From: Octopus vulgaris
Lineage: Eukaryota
DNA length: 64,000 nucleotides
Direction: 5' to 3'
Assembly (NCBI GenBank): GCA_951406725.2
Contig: OX597830.1
Span: forward strand, 28,210,001-28,274,000
Made by a program: the position numbers and the translations under genes
Notes under the pieces: generated by a model
Databases searched by the model: none
What the model was told of the DNA's origin: nothing
Seen by the model: only the letters and a program-made list of their open reading frames with translations
In this document: one piece after another, positions 60,046-64,000 of the stretch
Numbering within the stretch: position 1 is the stretch's first letter
Layout of the letters: each line of letters opens with the position of its first letter

Positions 60046-60712
60046 TATATATATATATATATACACATATATATATATATATATAGACACGTGTAAATGT
60101 ATACATGCAAAAGTAACAGACGTTAGTATGTTTGTCTGTTTTGAATGTCCAATGATAACCTGTCAAGTACAAGACGTTACATTGCTGTCGGTTTGTCTAT
60201 TGGCATTTACATACTGTTTTGACAGCGAAGATTAAAATTAGCACTTGTCTACCTGTCTAACTGCTTTACTAGCAGTTCTCACTTTATGTCGTACATAATC
60301 TATATTCTATTCTTTAATTTTTTTTTTTACTGCCCCATTCTACCGGAACAAGACTTCAAGAAAACTGTCCGCTATTTTATACTTACCAACAGTTTTGTCT
60401 TTCAGTTATGATCTAAAAAATGTTTTCCTCTTGGCTGTCTTCTCATTATAGATTTTAGGTATGCTTCTACATTCCTGTCTCATATTGTAGATTCCTTCGT
60501 TCACCTTATGTCTCTTTCAGTTTCCTCCCACACACACACACACTCTCTCTCTCTCTCTCACCTTATATATGTATGTATAGCGTATTTATATGCGTATTTC
60601 TATAGAGACTGTGCTTGTAAGTGTGTGCATGTGTGTGTACAGAAACGCACACAACATGCACACACGACACAAGTCCTGTTGTGAATGCGTCAGAAACTCA
60701 CTGCTAAAAGTA

Positions 60713-61278
60713 TTGGGTTGTCCGGAAAGTTCGTGCCAATTTTTAAAGGAAACAAAAAGGTAAATAAATACTTGCCATTACATTTTCAATCAACCAAATA
60801 TGAACCATTCTGTTGCACAATGCGTCTCCATCTTTTCTTTAACTTGAAAATACCCTCTTACCAGACTTGAGGTGGTTTCATGGCAAAGAATGCATCAAGG
60901 TATCTATTTACCTCATCCAAAGAACTGAAATTCTTACCATTAAGACTGTTCTGCAGTGACCTGAATAAGTGGAAATCCGAAGGAGCAATATCTAGTGAAT
61001 ACGGAGGATGGGGTAACACATCCTAGCCGAGCTGCAGCAATTTTTGTCTAGTTCCCAAAGCATCAATTGCTGAAAATGAACTTTCTTATCTTCCATTTTA
61101 AAGGCTTACAGAATTATCACAGGTAATAGGAACATAAATGTTCTTCCACAAAAAGATAGCTTAAACTTTGCTCTAAATGGAGGTGTAGTCAAATCCTATT
61201 TTATGGACTCAACGATGTTCTAAAATAAGTCGAAATGTAAGCTATTATAAATCGGCACGAACTTTCCGGACAACCCAA
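60713..61278 (-). mobile_element. Internally deleted mariner (mellifera-like) with intact TIRs and TA TSD
   Basis: TA|TTGGGTTGTCCGGAAAGTTCGTGCC...GGCACGAACTTTCCGGACAACCCAA|TA; remnant VLPHPPYSLDIAPSDFHLFRSLQNSLNGKNF. Confidence 0.92.
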
Positions 61279-61557
61279 TATCATGGGCTGATGCAGTGGA
61301 GGCGCAATCGATCAGTGAATCTACAATATGGGAGAGAGATTTCAAGTTCAATCATGTGCACATACATACAAGCACATACTCACACACACCTGTATTTACT
61401 AATACACACCTGTGTTTCTACCTATATATTGTCTGCAAGGGCACTGTTTGTAGTCTTTAGTGGGAATTCTTTTGCTTACTCAACATGTTACGGGCATAAA
61501 AAAAGCAACACCGCTCTTCAAGCTGTAGGGAAACAAATAGATAGAAATGTACACAAA

Positions 61558-61594
<37 letters not shown>

Positions 61595-61691
61595 ACACAC
61601 ACACACAGATGCACACACACGTTAAACAGATGGATAGATAGATAGATGGATAGATAGAGAGATGGATAGATAGATAAATAGATAGATGAAT

Positions 61692-61768
<77 letters not shown>

Positions 61769-62675
61769 CATATAGATAGATAAATAGATAGATAGAAAAT
61801 CAGTCAGACACACAAGGAATTTCAGAAATACTGCGGGGCAAAATGGCCGTTTTGGAGACGTCATTTGGATAAATTCGTTAACGATGAATTTTCGCATAAG
61901 CATTATTATTACTTGTGTACACCATTGCGTGTAACAGAACAGTAAAAAAAATAATCGTTCAGATTTTATATATGTGTGTTTGAGTCTGTGTTACTGTGCG
62001 AGTATTTGTGTGTATGTGTGTGTGTCTGAGTACGCATGCACATAAATGTATATAATGATATACATACTTACATATAGATCTTAAACTAAATAAAGCCATA
62101 TAGGAAAGTTCTTTAACGACAAAAGTACGAGCAGCATTCTAGCAACTTTAGGAAGCTTAGCAGTAAATGTCTCCTACATTCTTTGCGTTGGTGTAAGTTC
62201 CTCACTGACTGAAGATACGGATGGACATATCTACAACTGTCCTCTATCTTTTAGACAATCAGTCCGTCGTTTCGTTAGTGGAATGTGAATTTCGGAGAAT
62301 ACCTGATTCTTGATATTTTCCCATTTGTCGTATCATGTTGCGACTAATTGCCAATTAAGTGATTATCTTAATCTCTCTAAAATTGTAGATAATTTCAGTG
62401 AATCAAAAGTTTATTGTGTTTGTTATTTAATATACCTTCATTATATCTGCCACTAGCCAATCCGAGTTATTCTTAAGAGCTCGTTTGCCCTTTGCCTACG
62501 AGCCTGTGTCTAAATAAATATTTTCGTCTATCAAACGTTTTAGTGTGTGAAATGAGGAGGTTTTGGCTGTTATTTGTAACAATTCAGGCAGAAAAGTCGA
62601 ATTTTTTTCTCGACACGTATGTACGTTATTATGTACAAATAAATACAGGTAAAACATTCGTAGCAAAGATACAGA

Positions 62676-63510
62676 TGTATGTATGTATGTATGTATGTAT
62701 GTATGTATGTATGTATGTATGTATGCATGCATGCAGGTTTGTATGTATGTGTGTATGTATGTATGAGTGTATGTATGTATGCATGCATGCATTTATGCAT
62801 GTATGTATATACGCATGTATGTATCTATGTATGTATGCATGCAGGTATGAATGTATGTATGCATGCAGGCTTGTATGTATGTGTGTATGCATGTATGCAT
62901 GTATGTATGTATCAATGTATTATGTATGCATGCATGTTTCTTTCTATGTATGCATGCATGCATTTATGTATGTACGCATGTATGTATGTATGTATGCATG
63001 CATGTTTGTATGTATGCATGCATGTAAGTATGTATGAATGTATGTATGCATGCATGCAGGTTTGTATGTATGTGCGTCTGCATGTATGTATGTATGTATG
63101 TATGTATGTATGTATGTATGAATGTATGTATGTATGCATGCAATTTTATATGTATATATACGCATGTATGTATGAATGTATGTATGCATGCATGTATGAA
63201 TGTATGTATGCATGCATGCAAGTTTGTATGTATGTGTGTAGGCATGTATGTATGTCTGAATGTATTATGTATGTATGCATACATGTTTGTATGTATGTAT
63301 GCATGAATGCATTTATGTATGTATGTACGCATGTATGTATGTATGAATGTATGCATGAATGTTTGTATGTATGTATGTGCGTATGCATGTATGTATTATG
63401 AATGTATTATGCATGCATACATGTTTGTATGTATGCATTTATGTGTGTATACGTATACTTACATGTGTGTATGTGTATGCGAATGCCTCTGTGCGTACGC
63501 ATATGTTAAG
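62676..63510. repeat. ~830-bp degenerate (ATGT/ATGC)n tetranucleotide array
   Basis: Direct reading. Confidence 0.95.
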
Positions 63511-64000
63511 TATAGTGTACTTATGCAAATAATTCGTGAGAGTACTCTTATCATGACGTATAAATTAAAATAAAATTACTTTCAACAAGAACCAATGATT
63601 CATGAAGTCTTCCCTTATTAGCTTGCTATACAACAGGTTAGAAGTTTAATTGTAATTTAAGTATGTGTGTAGTGGCCTGATTCAGATGAAATCCGCATTT
63701 CAACACCCTTGCCACTCTTTGCACAAATGCATTCCCTCTTCCTCCCCCAACGCTATTCCTGTCACATTCATTGATGCTAACCCCCTACAGAATCCTTCTC
63801 CTCATCAACATTTGATGAAGATGATTGGAAGATATCCTGGTGTGAAAAGAAATATGATGAAAACAGGAAATAGAATTATAACAATTCACTCTCAAACACA
63901 TGCACACATCTCTGTATGTTTATATGTGTGTGTATGTATGCATACACATGTATTTGTATATGTGTATCATTAAAATAAAATTTTAAATTTGCTATAAAAA

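Overview
AT-rich eukaryotic (animal) non-coding DNA dominated by microsatellites and transposable elements. The SINE families and repeat landscape look like an octopus/coleoid cephalopod genome (inference from recalled repeats, not a search). No host protein-coding exon was recognised. Most supplied ORFs are microsatellite artefacts or unrecognised short ORFs; the recognisable coding remnants are decayed mariner transposases, Penelope-like (PLE) RT/GIY-YIG fragments and R4/Dong-like restriction-like-endonuclease fragments. Also present: four SINE families (three with visible tRNA-like heads), three copies of a non-autonomous Helitron and a long-TIR MITE. The standout signal is a dense set of type I hammerhead ribozyme (HHR) motifs, mostly with palindromic stem III, in about six sequence-distinct short non-coding elements. 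Three of these elements are tail-out inverted pairs. One (59011-59608) has a 498-nt unit, 25-nt terminal redundancy, a 5' inversion and a candidate 15-bp TSD, which points to reverse transcription of a circular or multimeric retrozyme-like RNA. All alignments, identities and folds were done by eye.
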